Source: Syntrophaceae bacterium UBA6252
GTDB lineage: Bacteria > Desulfobacterota > Syntrophia > Syntrophales > UBA6807
Direction: 5' to 3'
NCBI GenBank assembly: GCA_002441265.1
Contig: DJVQ01000022.1
Location: 24,290-88,289, forward strand
DNA: 64,000 nt
Below the pieces are notes generated by a model. That model saw only the letters and a program-made list of their open reading frames with translations. It was not told the origin of the DNA and did not search any database. Below, one piece after another: positions 26,174 through 35,445 of this stretch; positions within the stretch are counted from its first letter, which is position 1; every line of letters starts with the position of its first letter. Both the position numbers and the translations under genes were made by a program.

Positions 26174-27373
26174 CTATTTCTCAATCAGTTTGTCGGCCAC
26201 CTTTTGCCCCATCTCATAGCAGGCCTGGAGAACCTCAACGCCGGGAACGTGTTTCACCGCCATCCCTTCCGAAACGAGTTCCACCTTCATCTCCTTCAGG
26301 ATCTCCTCCACCTGGCGGACCGACTCGCCGCTCCAGCCGAAGGAGCCGAAGGCGGCGCCGACGAGATTTCTCGGCCTCAGGCCTTTCAGGTACGTGAGGA
26401 CGTCGGCCATGGAGGGGAACAGGTTGTTGTTCAGCGTCGGGGACCCCGCGACGAGGGCACCCGCCTCCAGAATTTCACGGGCCACGTCGCTCCGGTGGTT
26501 CTCCGCCATGGAAAGCAGCCGGACGTCCACGCCCCGGGAGGCCAGGCCCTCGGCGACCGCCAGGGCCATGCGTTCCGTGCTGTGCCACATGGTGGCGTAA
26601 ACGACGACGGCTTTGCGGGTCTTCTTCTGTTCTCCCCACCGCCGGTACTGTTCGAGAATCCTCCCGATCCCCTTTCTCCATATGGGGCCGTGGTCGGGGG
26701 CGACGTATTTCACGTCCCACCCCATGGCGCCCACCTTGTCGAGGGTTTTCCCGATCAGGGCGGCGTAAGGGAGGAGGATGTTGGCGAAATAGGTGGCGCT
26801 CTCCTCGTCGAGAACGGCGGGATCGATTTCATCGTCGAAACGGCCGCTCGAGGCGAGGTGCATTCCGAAAGCGTCCTGGGAAAAGAGGAGGTTTTCCTCC
26901 CCGAGCCAGGAAATCATGCTGTCCGGCCAGTGAAGCATCCGGGTTTCGTAAAAGGCGAGTTCGCAGTTCCCGAGGGAGAGTTTCTCGCCGTCCTTGACGG
27001 CAATGACATTCTCCAGGGTATGATAGATCTCGTTGAGTGTCTTCGCCCCCATGGCGGAGACATAGACGGCCTTCGGCCCGATTTCCCGCGCCGTTTCGAA
27101 GAGACAGCCCGAATGATCCATTTCCGAGTGCTGGGAAACGATGTACTCGATCCGTTTCGGATCGACCACCGATGCGATCCGGGACATCATTTCCCCCCGG
27201 AAGGGGGCCCGGACGGTGTCGATGAGGGTGATTTTATCCGCCAGGATGAGATAGGCGTTGTAGGTCGATCCACGCTTCGTGGTATACCCGTGGAAATCCC
27301 GGATGTTCCAGTCGATGGCGCCGACCCACCAGACCCGGTCCGTGATCTGTACCGCTTTGAATACGTCGTTCAT
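26174..27373 (-). CDS. fprA: flavodiiron protein (FprA / rubredoxin:oxygen oxidoreductase type)
   Basis: From the Met at 27373 it reads MNDVFKAVQITDRVWWVGAIDWNIRDFHGY. It has a metallo-beta-lactamase-like diiron domain (SQHSEMDHSG) and a C-terminal flavodoxin domain. Confidence 0.9.
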   Translation of the reverse strand: MNDVFKAVQITDRVWWVGAIDWNIRDFHGYTTKRGSTYNAYLILADKITLIDTVRAPFRGEMMSRIASVVDPKRIEYIVSQHSEMDHSGCLFETAREIGPKAVYVSAMGAKTLNEIYHTLENVIAVKDGEKLSLGNCELAFYETRMLHWPDSMISWLGEENLLFSQDAFGMHLASSGRFDDEIDPAVLDEESATYFANILLPYAALIGKTLDKVGAMGWDVKYVAPDHGPIWRKGIGRILEQYRRWGEQKKTRKAVVVYATMWHSTERMALAVAEGLASRGVDVRLLSMAENHRSDVAREILEAGALVAGSPTLNNNLFPSMADVLTYLKGLRPRNLVGAAFGSFGWSGESVRQVEEILKEMKVELVSEGMAVKHVPGVEVLQACYEMGQKVADKLIEK

Positions 27374-27610
27374 GGTCTTTTCTCCTTCATCGTCCTTTTT
27401 AACAGGATTCGCCCCGCCGTGACAACGATATTCTGACGGTTTCGCAAAAAGTCCATGGACTGCGCGCCCTTCATCCATCCTTCCCGCGGCGTGCGAAAGA
27501 AGCGCCCCCGTCGCCGGGACCCGGGCGCTCCGGAATCCGCTCCCCGTCACCCCGCGCGGGCGATGTTCGGACTTTTGTGGAGGTATTCGATGCGTTCGGA
27601 AATACCCCGG

Positions 27611-28561
27611 TTATGCCGTTTCGCCGGAAACCAGTACGGAAATGCACCGTGGGACGATGTCAATGGAAAGGGGCAGCCGTCCCGGCTGTTCCCCGTCCAT
27701 GTCGATGAGAACCGTTTCCCCGGAGGTGGCCTCGATGCGTCTTCCCTTGAGATTCAGGATCTTCCGGTGCCCGTAGATCTTCCCGTTGTAAAGCCGGGGC
27801 ATCTGAAAAAGGATCTCGGGAAGTTTGAAATCGCCGACGACGGTCACGTGGAGAAGGCCGTCGTCGATCCGGGCGTCCGGGGCGACCCACATGCCGCCCC
27901 CGTGGAACTGGCCGTTCGCCACGGCGACGTTCCAGCTCGTCACCTCCCCGTCGAAGCTGTCGTCCACCCGGAGGCGGATCCGCTTTCTCCTGTAAAGAAG
28001 GAGGGAGACTCCGGTGGCGAGGAGGAAGGACGGAAATCCGCCGAGGCGCTTCCGGGACCGGTTCACCCGGTTGTTCACTTCCCCCCCCAGGCCGAAGCTC
28101 GTGATGTTGTGGAAATAACGCGACATCGGTTTGCCCCGGCGATCCCGGCAGACCATCCGTCCCAGATCGATCGTTTTCGTACCCAGGGGCGAGACGCCTT
28201 TCAGCGCCTGCAGGATGTCCTTGGACTGGCGGAGCGTCCTGACGAAGTCGCATCCGGTGCCGCAGGGGAAATAGGCGAGCAGGGCGCCGGCGCGAAGGGG
28301 CTCCCCGCCGTCCATGAACCCGTTGACGACCTCGTTCAGGGTGCCGTCGCCGCCGACGCAGACGATTCCGTCGGATCCGTTCAGGAGGGCGTCCCGGGCC
28401 AGCAGGGTCGCATCCCCCGGCGAGGCGGTGTACGCCTCCCGGAGGGGACCGAAGAACCGCGCCGCTTCGCTCCTCATGAGCCTCCAGACCCTCCCGGCCC
28501 TGCCCCCGCCGGCCATGGGGTTGATGACGAACTGAAATTTCCTCGATCCCAATGAAAACAT
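27611..28561 (-). CDS. diacylglycerol/lipid kinase family protein (YegS/BmrU-like)
   Basis: From the Met at 28561 the motifs are FQFVINPMAGGGRAG, IVCVGGDGTLNEV and GGE. Confidence 0.8.
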   Translation of the reverse strand: MFSLGSRKFQFVINPMAGGGRAGRVWRLMRSEAARFFGPLREAYTASPGDATLLARDALLNGSDGIVCVGGDGTLNEVVNGFMDGGEPLRAGALLAYFPCGTGCDFVRTLRQSKDILQALKGVSPLGTKTIDLGRMVCRDRRGKPMSRYFHNITSFGLGGEVNNRVNRSRKRLGGFPSFLLATGVSLLLYRRKRIRLRVDDSFDGEVTSWNVAVANGQFHGGGMWVAPDARIDDGLLHVTVVGDFKLPEILFQMPRLYNGKIYGHRKILNLKGRRIEATSGETVLIDMDGEQPGRLPLSIDIVPRCISVLVSGETA

Positions 28562-28762
28562 GATCCCCCCGGCCCCTCCGTTCGCAAAAAAAGAATCTTT
28601 TACGTTCTGAAAGGGAAGATGCCAGATTGTTTGACGATTTTCAAGGACTTTCCCTGCGATGCCTCCCCCGGGCAGGGCCGGACGTCGTTTCCCAGGGAAA
28701 TCCTCTTGTTTTTCCATGAGATATTTTCTAAAATGGCTTCGCTTATCTTCCTCGGGAGTCTT

Positions 28763-30127
28763 ATGGAATACCAAGCCATCATCGTCGGCGCCGGACCGGC
28801 GGGCATCTTCTCCGCGTTGACCCTCATGGAAAAGGGGATCGACGGCATCCTGCTCCTGGAGCAGGGAAAGGGGATCCGCGAGCGGACCTCCTCCCCTTCA
28901 CGGGAGATCCTCTGCGGCTGGGGCGGGGCGGGGGCATACAGCGACGGCAAGCTGACGTTTTCCCCGGACGTGGGCGGGTACCTGGGGGAATACATGTCCC
29001 CTGCGTCGTTCCGGGACCTTCTCTCCCGGACCGACGGGATCTTTCTCCGCTACGGAGCCCCCCGGGAGCGCCTCTTCGGCGACTTTTCACCGGAAGTGGA
29101 AGCCCTGGTCGAGCGGGCCCGCAGGGCGGAGCTGGAATTCATTCCCAACAGGATCCGCCACATGGGCACGGAGAACTGCCGTACCGTCCTGTGCAACCTG
29201 TACGACGACCTGAAGGACCGCATCGAGATCCGGACGGACTGCCGGGCGGAAGCCGTTCTCGCCGGAGAGGGTCTTGCCCGGGGCGTCCGTCTGGAAGACG
29301 GGTCCGTCGAGCGGGGCCGGTTCGTGATCGCCGCTCCGGGGAGGTCGGGGTCCCGCTGGATGAAGGACCAGGCGGAAGCCCTGGGCCTCCAGACCAGTGT
29401 GAGCCCCGTGGACATCGGGGTCCGGGTGGAACTGCCGGCGGCCTTCCTGAACGAGATCACCGATCTCACCTATGAATCGAAGCTGGTCTATTACTCCAGG
29501 ACGTTCGACGACCGCGTGCGGACCTTCTGCATGAATCCCGGCGGGGAAGTGGTCAACGAAAGGTCGGGGGACCTGATCACCGTGAACGGCCACAGCTTCG
29601 CGAACCGGAAAAGCGAAAACACAAATTTCGCGATACTCGTGAGCAGCATGTTCACCGAGCCGTTCCGCGATCCCATCGCTTACGGGAGATACATCGCGCA
29701 ACTGGCCAACCTGCTGAGCGGCGGAACCATCGTCCAGAGGCTCGGCGACCTTCTGGCCGGAAGGCGCTCCACCCGGGCCAGGATCGACCGCTGCCTCACG
29801 ACCCCGACGCTGAAACAGGCCGTGCCGGGCGATCTCAGCTACGTTTTTCCCTACCGCCACCTGAGGGACATCATCGAGATGATCGAGGCCATGGACCGCC
29901 TGGCCCCTGGGGTTTCCTCCCGGCACACCCTCCTGTACGGCGTAGAGGTCAAGTTCTACTCGAATCGGATCGAAGTGACGGAGGAACTGGAGACGGGGGT
30001 GAAAAACCTCTTCGCCGTGGGGGACGGGGCGGGACTGACCCGGGGACTCCTCCAGGCCGCCGCTTCCGGCATCGTCGCCGCCGAGGCCGTCGCAGGCCGG
30101 CTTCATCACGAACCTCACGACTCATAA
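28763..30127 (+). CDS. NAD(P)/FAD-dependent oxidoreductase (COG2509-like)
   Basis: The N-terminal dinucleotide fold is MEYQAIIVGAGPAGIFSAL. The C-terminal motif is NLFAVGDGAG. Confidence 0.7.
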   Translation: MEYQAIIVGAGPAGIFSALTLMEKGIDGILLLEQGKGIRERTSSPSREILCGWGGAGAYSDGKLTFSPDVGGYLGEYMSPASFRDLLSRTDGIFLRYGAPRERLFGDFSPEVEALVERARRAELEFIPNRIRHMGTENCRTVLCNLYDDLKDRIEIRTDCRAEAVLAGEGLARGVRLEDGSVERGRFVIAAPGRSGSRWMKDQAEALGLQTSVSPVDIGVRVELPAAFLNEITDLTYESKLVYYSRTFDDRVRTFCMNPGGEVVNERSGDLITVNGHSFANRKSENTNFAILVSSMFTEPFRDPIAYGRYIAQLANLLSGGTIVQRLGDLLAGRRSTRARIDRCLTTPTLKQAVPGDLSYVFPYRHLRDIIEMIEAMDRLAPGVSSRHTLLYGVEVKFYSNRIEVTEELETGVKNLFAVGDGAGLTRGLLQAAASGIVAAEAVAGRLHHEPHDS

Positions 30128-30233
30128 AAGGATCTCCATGCTGTTTCTCGAACCCGACGAAAAGGAACGCGCCGCGATCAGGACACCGTCAAAACCCCCC
30201 TTCCTGCGCCGCCACAACATCCGCATCCCCATC

Positions 30234-31883
30234 ATGATGAAGATGATGATCGCCTTCGTGGTGCTCACCCTCTCCTCCCTCGCCATCGTGGGGTCCATCA
30301 CGCTGAACGACATCCGGGACATCGGCCAGTATGCCTACCGGAGCAGCGTAACCCTCGGGGAGAGCGCCATCAGCGACAGCACGAACGCCCTGGAAACCCT
30401 GGGAAGGAAAATCATCCGGCAACGGGCCCTGGACGTGGCCGCCCAGTGCGCCCTCTATCTCAAGTTTCAATCCCCCGGCTCCAAAGAGGATCTCATGGGA
30501 AACCGTGAATTCCACAAGATCGCCGTCCAGCCGGTGGGGAACCGGGGCTACACCCTTCTTTTCGAGAAAAAAACGGGGATCATCCTGTTCCACATCAACC
30601 CCGACCTCGTTCGTTTCGACACCCACAGGCTGGCCGATCCTCTCCCCACGGCATGGAAACTGTTCAGGGAAACCCTCGACGGTTCCCCCGCGGCGGGATT
30701 TTACGACTGGCGGGACCCCGACGGGGTGGTCCGTGAAAAGTACATGGCCATCGTGCCGGTGGACAACAGCCCCTACATGGTCGCCGCCACGACGTACATG
30801 GACGAGTTTCTCGGCCCCGTAAAGGAAACGATGGGGAAGATTTCCGACGCCACCCTGAACATCGGAAGCCATATCAACACCCGCATGCAGAACACGCGGA
30901 ACACCTTCCTCGACATCTTCATTCTTCTCATTCTCCTCGTGTCGGGGATCTCCCTTTTTCTTTCCAGGATGATCACCCTGCCCCTGCTCAGCCTCATGGA
31001 AGGCGTGCAGGTCCTGGGCCGGGGGGACATGGACCACAAGGTGGACGTCCGCACGAGCGACGAGCTGGGGGAACTGGCCGAATCGTTCAACCAGATGACC
31101 CGGGATCTGAAGGACTACATGGAAAGGCTTCACTGCACGACGGCGGAACAGGAAAGGCTCGTGAAGGAGCTGGAAATCGCACGGAGAATCCAGCAGAACA
31201 TCCTTCCCCGGGAAACACCGGCCATCGCGGGGGCCGACGTCTGGGGAACGAACATCCCCGCCCGCGAAGTGGGCGGCGATTTCTTCGACTACATCCCCAT
31301 CGACAGGAACCACTGGGGAATCACCATCGCCGACGTCTCGGGCAAAGGAATGGCGGCGGCCATTTTCATGGGGCTGTCGAGAACGATCCTGAGGGCGAGC
31401 ACGTCGGGAAACCTGAACATCAGCGCTGCGCTCCGCCACGCCAACGAACTCATCTGCCGGGATTCCACCTCGGGAATGTTCGTGACCCTTTTCTACAGCG
31501 TCTTCAACACCCGAACCAAGGAACTCTCCTACATCAACGCGGGCCATTACCCCGCTCTCGTGTTCCACGCGGGGACGGAGGAAACGTCTCACCTCGAGGC
31601 CCGGGGAATCCCCCTGGGCATCACCGAGAAGATCGAACTGGAGGAAAAGACCCTGTCCCTGCAGTCCGGTGACGTTCTCGTTCTCTACACGGACGGGGTC
31701 ACGGAAGCAATGAATGAAACGGAGGCGGTCTTCGGCGAGGAGAGGCTGGCGCGGCTGATTCTCGACTGCCGCGCCCTGCCCGCCCGTGAAATCGTCCGGA
31801 AGGTCGAAGACGAGATCCTTCTCTTTGCCGGGGATCAGCCCCAGTTCGACGATCTCACCCTGGTGGTCGTGAAAGTCCTTTAG
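30234..31883 (+). CDS. membrane sensor with HAMP domain and PP2C/SpoIIE-type serine phosphatase
   Basis: It has an N-terminal TM, an extracytoplasmic domain, a second TM, a HAMP domain (LPLLSLMEGVQVLGRGDMDHKVDVRTSDELGELAESFNQM), and a PP2C domain (GGDFFDY, ADVSGKGM, LYTDGVTEA). The start is uncertain. Confidence 0.8.
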   Translation: MMKMMIAFVVLTLSSLAIVGSITLNDIRDIGQYAYRSSVTLGESAISDSTNALETLGRKIIRQRALDVAAQCALYLKFQSPGSKEDLMGNREFHKIAVQPVGNRGYTLLFEKKTGIILFHINPDLVRFDTHRLADPLPTAWKLFRETLDGSPAAGFYDWRDPDGVVREKYMAIVPVDNSPYMVAATTYMDEFLGPVKETMGKISDATLNIGSHINTRMQNTRNTFLDIFILLILLVSGISLFLSRMITLPLLSLMEGVQVLGRGDMDHKVDVRTSDELGELAESFNQMTRDLKDYMERLHCTTAEQERLVKELEIARRIQQNILPRETPAIAGADVWGTNIPAREVGGDFFDYIPIDRNHWGITIADVSGKGMAAAIFMGLSRTILRASTSGNLNISAALRHANELICRDSTSGMFVTLFYSVFNTRTKELSYINAGHYPALVFHAGTEETSHLEARGIPLGITEKIELEEKTLSLQSGDVLVLYTDGVTEAMNETEAVFGEERLARLILDCRALPAREIVRKVEDEILLFAGDQPQFDDLTLVVVKVL

Positions 31884-32482
31884 AGAAACACCGCCGCGAC
31901 GGCCTCGGCCATGTACCGGTACCCCTCGGAGTTGGGGTGAACGCCGTCGAACTGGACAAGGCTGGAGAAGGAAACCCCCTCGGCGATCTTCCGCTTCCAG
32001 GTTTCGTGGACCCGGGCGAGGGCGTGCCCGTACGTCCCGGCGATCCGTTCCATTTCCCCGTAGTACCTTTCGATGAAAAGGTTTTCCCGTTCACCGTCCA
32101 GACAGACGGAGGTGACCAGCACGATTTCGCCGTCGCTTTCCTCCTCGATCGTCCGGACGATTTCCTCGACGGCCTTTCCGAAGCCCTCCGGCGTCTCCCC
32201 GCAGAAGGCGTCGTTCAGGGCGAACTGGACCAGAACGCAGTCCGGATCGAAGGAAAGAACGTCTCTGCGGAGCCGGTAGAGCCCTCCCCGGGCCGTGTCC
32301 CCGGGGATTCCCTGGTTCATGAGGGAAAAGGGGCTTTTCGGATAGGCCACCGCCAGCATCTCCTTGAGAAAAGCCAGGTAGCCCTTTCCCACCATCCATC
32401 CGTAGGTGAGGGAATCGCCCAGGGCGACGATGTCGGCCTTGCCGCCGTTCTTCATTTTTTCGATGGTCTTGTAAGGTTTCAT
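31880..32482 (-). CDS. SGNH/GDSL hydrolase family protein
   Basis: Motifs are IVALGDSLTYG (block I Ser), QGIPGD, FALNDA and DGVHPN (block V). Confidence 0.75.
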   Translation of the reverse strand: MKPYKTIEKMKNGGKADIVALGDSLTYGWMVGKGYLAFLKEMLAVAYPKSPFSLMNQGIPGDTARGGLYRLRRDVLSFDPDCVLVQFALNDAFCGETPEGFGKAVEEIVRTIEEESDGEIVLVTSVCLDGERENLFIERYYGEMERIAGTYGHALARVHETWKRKIAEGVSFSSLVQFDGVHPNSEGYRYMAEAVAAVFL

Positions 32483-32652
32483 CGTTTTCTTCCCTTCGCT
32501 TCGGGGCTACGTACGGGGATCGCGTCCATTTGTCAAGGCAAAACAGACGGCTTCGTAAAAAGCCCATATGCTGCGTCGCCCTTCTTCCCCCGACCCTTCG
32601 GCGTACCATCAGCACGCCTCATTCCTCGGGATTCGGGCGCCTTGCCTATGGA

Positions 32653-32700
32653 GCTTTTTCCTTTGCCGTTCGAAAAAGTGTTGATTTGGTCTTATTACGA
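32653..32700 (+). repeat. intergenic repeat, copy B
   Basis: GCTTTTTCCTTTGCCGTTCGAAAAAGTGTTGATTTGGTCTTATTACGA. Its CTTTGCCG pairs with CGGCAAAG at 32705..32712. Confidence 0.5.
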
Positions 32701-32796
32701 TTTCGGCAAAGCAGGGACGCTAAAGATTGTTGCATAATGTACCGATTCCGTCTAATGTAACAAAACTAAGTTATCGTGCGCACACGGGTGTAAACA

Positions 32797-35109
32797 ATGG
32801 AATTTTTCAGCAGGAAACCGGCGCCGGCGAACACGACCATTGAAAGCCAGATCGAACAGCTCCGGGAGCAGATCCGGAGACAGCAGGCCATTCAGAACCT
32901 GGCGAACCGGATTCACGCAGCCCAGAACGTCAAGCAGATCATCGTCGACCTGAAGGAGGAAATCCTCCGGATGTACGATGCCTCCGTGGTCACGATCTAC
33001 GCCGTGGACCCGAAGACGGAGGAGATTTATTCCCTCTTTCTCTCCGGGCCGGACCTGGCGGAGATCCGCGTTCCCATCGGCAACGGGAGCATCGCCGGTT
33101 TCGCGGCGAACAACCGCAGGGCGATCAACATCGCCGACGCCTACGACGAGTCCGAACTCCGGGCGATCCACCCGGATCTCAGCTTCGACAGGCGGTGGGA
33201 CCAGAAGTCGGGACTCAGAACGACCCAGGTCCTCGCCGTCCCCATCCTCCACGAGGACCGCCTCATGGGCATCGTCCAGATCCTGAACAAGAAAGGGGGC
33301 GTCCCCTTCAGCGACGAGGACCAGAGCCGCCTGGAAGAGCTGGCCCAGGTTCTCGGAATCGCCTTTTACAACCAGGAGAGAATCCGCAAGAAAAAGAAGT
33401 CCCGTTTCGACTACCTTCTCCGCCACGGGCTCATCAAGGACGAGGAGCTGGAGGGTTCCTGGGGGGAGGCGCGGAAAAGCCGGGAAACCATCGAAGACTA
33501 CCTCATGAAGAAATTCAAGATCGCCCGGGAGGCGATCGTCCAGTCCCTCGAGGAGTTCTTCGGCTGCCCCTACATTTCCTTCAGCGGCAAGTACCCCATT
33601 CCCGTAGATCTCCTGAGAAACCTCAAGGAGGAGTATCTCCGCAGGGAGCTGTGGGTCCCACTGGAAAGAAAGGACGGGAAGATCCGCGTCTGCATCGACG
33701 ACCCCAACAACATCCTGAAGCGGGACATGATCGAAAGCCTCCTGAAGACGGGGAACGTGGAATACTGCGTTTCCATGTACGACGACATTCTCCGTTTCAT
33801 CAACCAGTTCTACCGGTCGGAATCGGGCAGGGAGTCCATCGACGACCTCATCGGCAAGCTGGAAGTGGAGGAGTCGGAGGAGGAAGAGGACGCCTTCAGC
33901 GAGTCGGACAGCATCATCATGCAGCTCGTGAACAAGATCATCCGGGACGCCCACGCGAAAGGGGCCTCGGACATCCACATCGAGCCCAACACCATGACCC
34001 GGAACGTGGAAATCCGGTTCCGCGTGGACGGGGATCTCGCCCTCTACCAGACGGTCCCCTTCACGTACCGGTCGGCCATCATTTCGAGAATCAAGATCAT
34101 GTCCAACCTGGACATCACGGAACGGCGGCTTCCCCAGGACGGCAAGATCAAGTTCAGGAGGAGCCGGGGGGAGGAAATCGAACTTCGCGTGGCCACCCTC
34201 CCCACCCAGGGAGGGGTCGAGGACGTGGTCTTGCGAATCCTCGCAAAGGGGGACACCCTGCCCCTGGAGGCGCTCGCCATGTCTGCCCGGAACTACCGGA
34301 ACATACTGGACCTCCTGGAGAAGCCCTACGGGATCATCCTCGCAGTGGGCCCCACCGGGTCGGGAAAGACGACGACCCTTCACGCCGCCCTGCGGCACAT
34401 CAACACGCCGGAAACGAAGATCTGGACCGCCGAGGACCCCGTGGAAATCACCCAGAACGGGCTTCGCCAGGTCCAGGTGAACCCCAAGGTGGGGCTCGAC
34501 TTCGCCCACGCCATGCGTTCCTTCCTCCGGGCGGACCCCGACGTGATCATGGTGGGGGAAATGCGGGACTACGAAACGGCCAAGACCGCCGTGGAGGCCT
34601 CCCTGACGGGGCACCTCGTCCTGAGCACCCTTCACACGAACAGCGCCCCGGAGACCATCGTCCGTCTTCTGGACATGGGAATCGACCCCCTCAACTTCGC
34701 CGACTCCCTCCTTGGCATCCTCGCCCAGCGGCTGGTCCGGACCCTGTGCGGAAAGTGCAAGGAAAAATACCATCCCGAACGGGAGGAATACGACCTCATC
34801 GTCCGCCACTACGGGGGCGAAGAGGCCTTCACGGCCCTCAACATCCCCTACGACGAGAACTTCACCCTCCACCGCCCGAAGGGGTGTTCCGCCTGCGACA
34901 GCACAGGATACAAAGGAAGAATGGGGATCCACGAACTGCTCATCGCCACGAGGGAGATGAAGCACCTCATCCAGCAGCGGGCGACGGTGGAAACGATGCG
35001 GGATCTTGCCGCCGGCGAGGGGATGACCACCCTCCTCCAGGACGGGATCGACAAGGTCCTCCAGGGGTACACCGACCTGCACCAGGTCCTGCGGGTCTGC
35101 TTCCGCTGA
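32797..35109 (+). CDS. GAF-domain-containing GspE/PilB-family secretion ATPase
   Basis: It has an N-terminal GAF-like region, a T2SSE_N/MshEN-like segment (YLLRHGLIKDEELE) and an ATPase core (VGPTGSGKTTT, IMVGEMRD, tetracysteine CGKC...CSAC). Confidence 0.85.
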   Translation: MEFFSRKPAPANTTIESQIEQLREQIRRQQAIQNLANRIHAAQNVKQIIVDLKEEILRMYDASVVTIYAVDPKTEEIYSLFLSGPDLAEIRVPIGNGSIAGFAANNRRAINIADAYDESELRAIHPDLSFDRRWDQKSGLRTTQVLAVPILHEDRLMGIVQILNKKGGVPFSDEDQSRLEELAQVLGIAFYNQERIRKKKKSRFDYLLRHGLIKDEELEGSWGEARKSRETIEDYLMKKFKIAREAIVQSLEEFFGCPYISFSGKYPIPVDLLRNLKEEYLRRELWVPLERKDGKIRVCIDDPNNILKRDMIESLLKTGNVEYCVSMYDDILRFINQFYRSESGRESIDDLIGKLEVEESEEEEDAFSESDSIIMQLVNKIIRDAHAKGASDIHIEPNTMTRNVEIRFRVDGDLALYQTVPFTYRSAIISRIKIMSNLDITERRLPQDGKIKFRRSRGEEIELRVATLPTQGGVEDVVLRILAKGDTLPLEALAMSARNYRNILDLLEKPYGIILAVGPTGSGKTTTLHAALRHINTPETKIWTAEDPVEITQNGLRQVQVNPKVGLDFAHAMRSFLRADPDVIMVGEMRDYETAKTAVEASLTGHLVLSTLHTNSAPETIVRLLDMGIDPLNFADSLLGILAQRLVRTLCGKCKEKYHPEREEYDLIVRHYGGEEAFTALNIPYDENFTLHRPKGCSACDSTGYKGRMGIHELLIATREMKHLIQQRATVETMRDLAAGEGMTTLLQDGIDKVLQGYTDLHQVLRVCFR

Positions 35110-35377
35110 TCCCGGCCAGGTTCCCTTCAGGACGATAAAGAAAAAGTCCAGCCGCAACACCGTTTACGCGCCCTTCGACGGCTGTTTTCTGCGGTAAAAA
35201 TCCCGGTGGATGACAGGAATCTTCAAATGGAATCCGGGGCTTCAGCCCCGGTCGGAACAGGGAAAGCTGTTTGACATGGCGGTTCCTGGGGAGCGCGGAC
35301 GGTTTTCCGGCTCAGGAACCGCTTTTCGACGGTTCCATTTTCTTGATGCACTGGTAAAAGTCTAAGAAATACCCTGG

Positions 35378-35394
35378 ACGGCAAAGGAAAAAGC
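35378..35394 (-). repeat. intergenic repeat, partial inverted copy C
   Basis: The reverse complement GCTTTTTCCTTTGCCGT is identical to the 5' 17 nt of copy B. The 10-mer ACCGTTTACG at 35158..35167 matches the 3' part of copy A. Confidence 0.4.
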
Positions 35395-35445
35395 TTGGCA
35401 GGGAGGAGGGGCGAAGGGGCAGCATAGGAACTTTTTCCAACGCCG

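Noticed and set aside
32752-35160. 802-aa minus-strand ORF. Similar long shadows occur at 35854..38769, 15341..17389, 17440..19542, 26126..27436 and 58655..59761.
   Set aside because: Each is the mirror of a gene with clear family motifs (gspE, mutS, the Fe-S/FAD subunit, the Mo enzyme, fprA and the ExeA-like ATPase). None has recognisable domains or an RBS.
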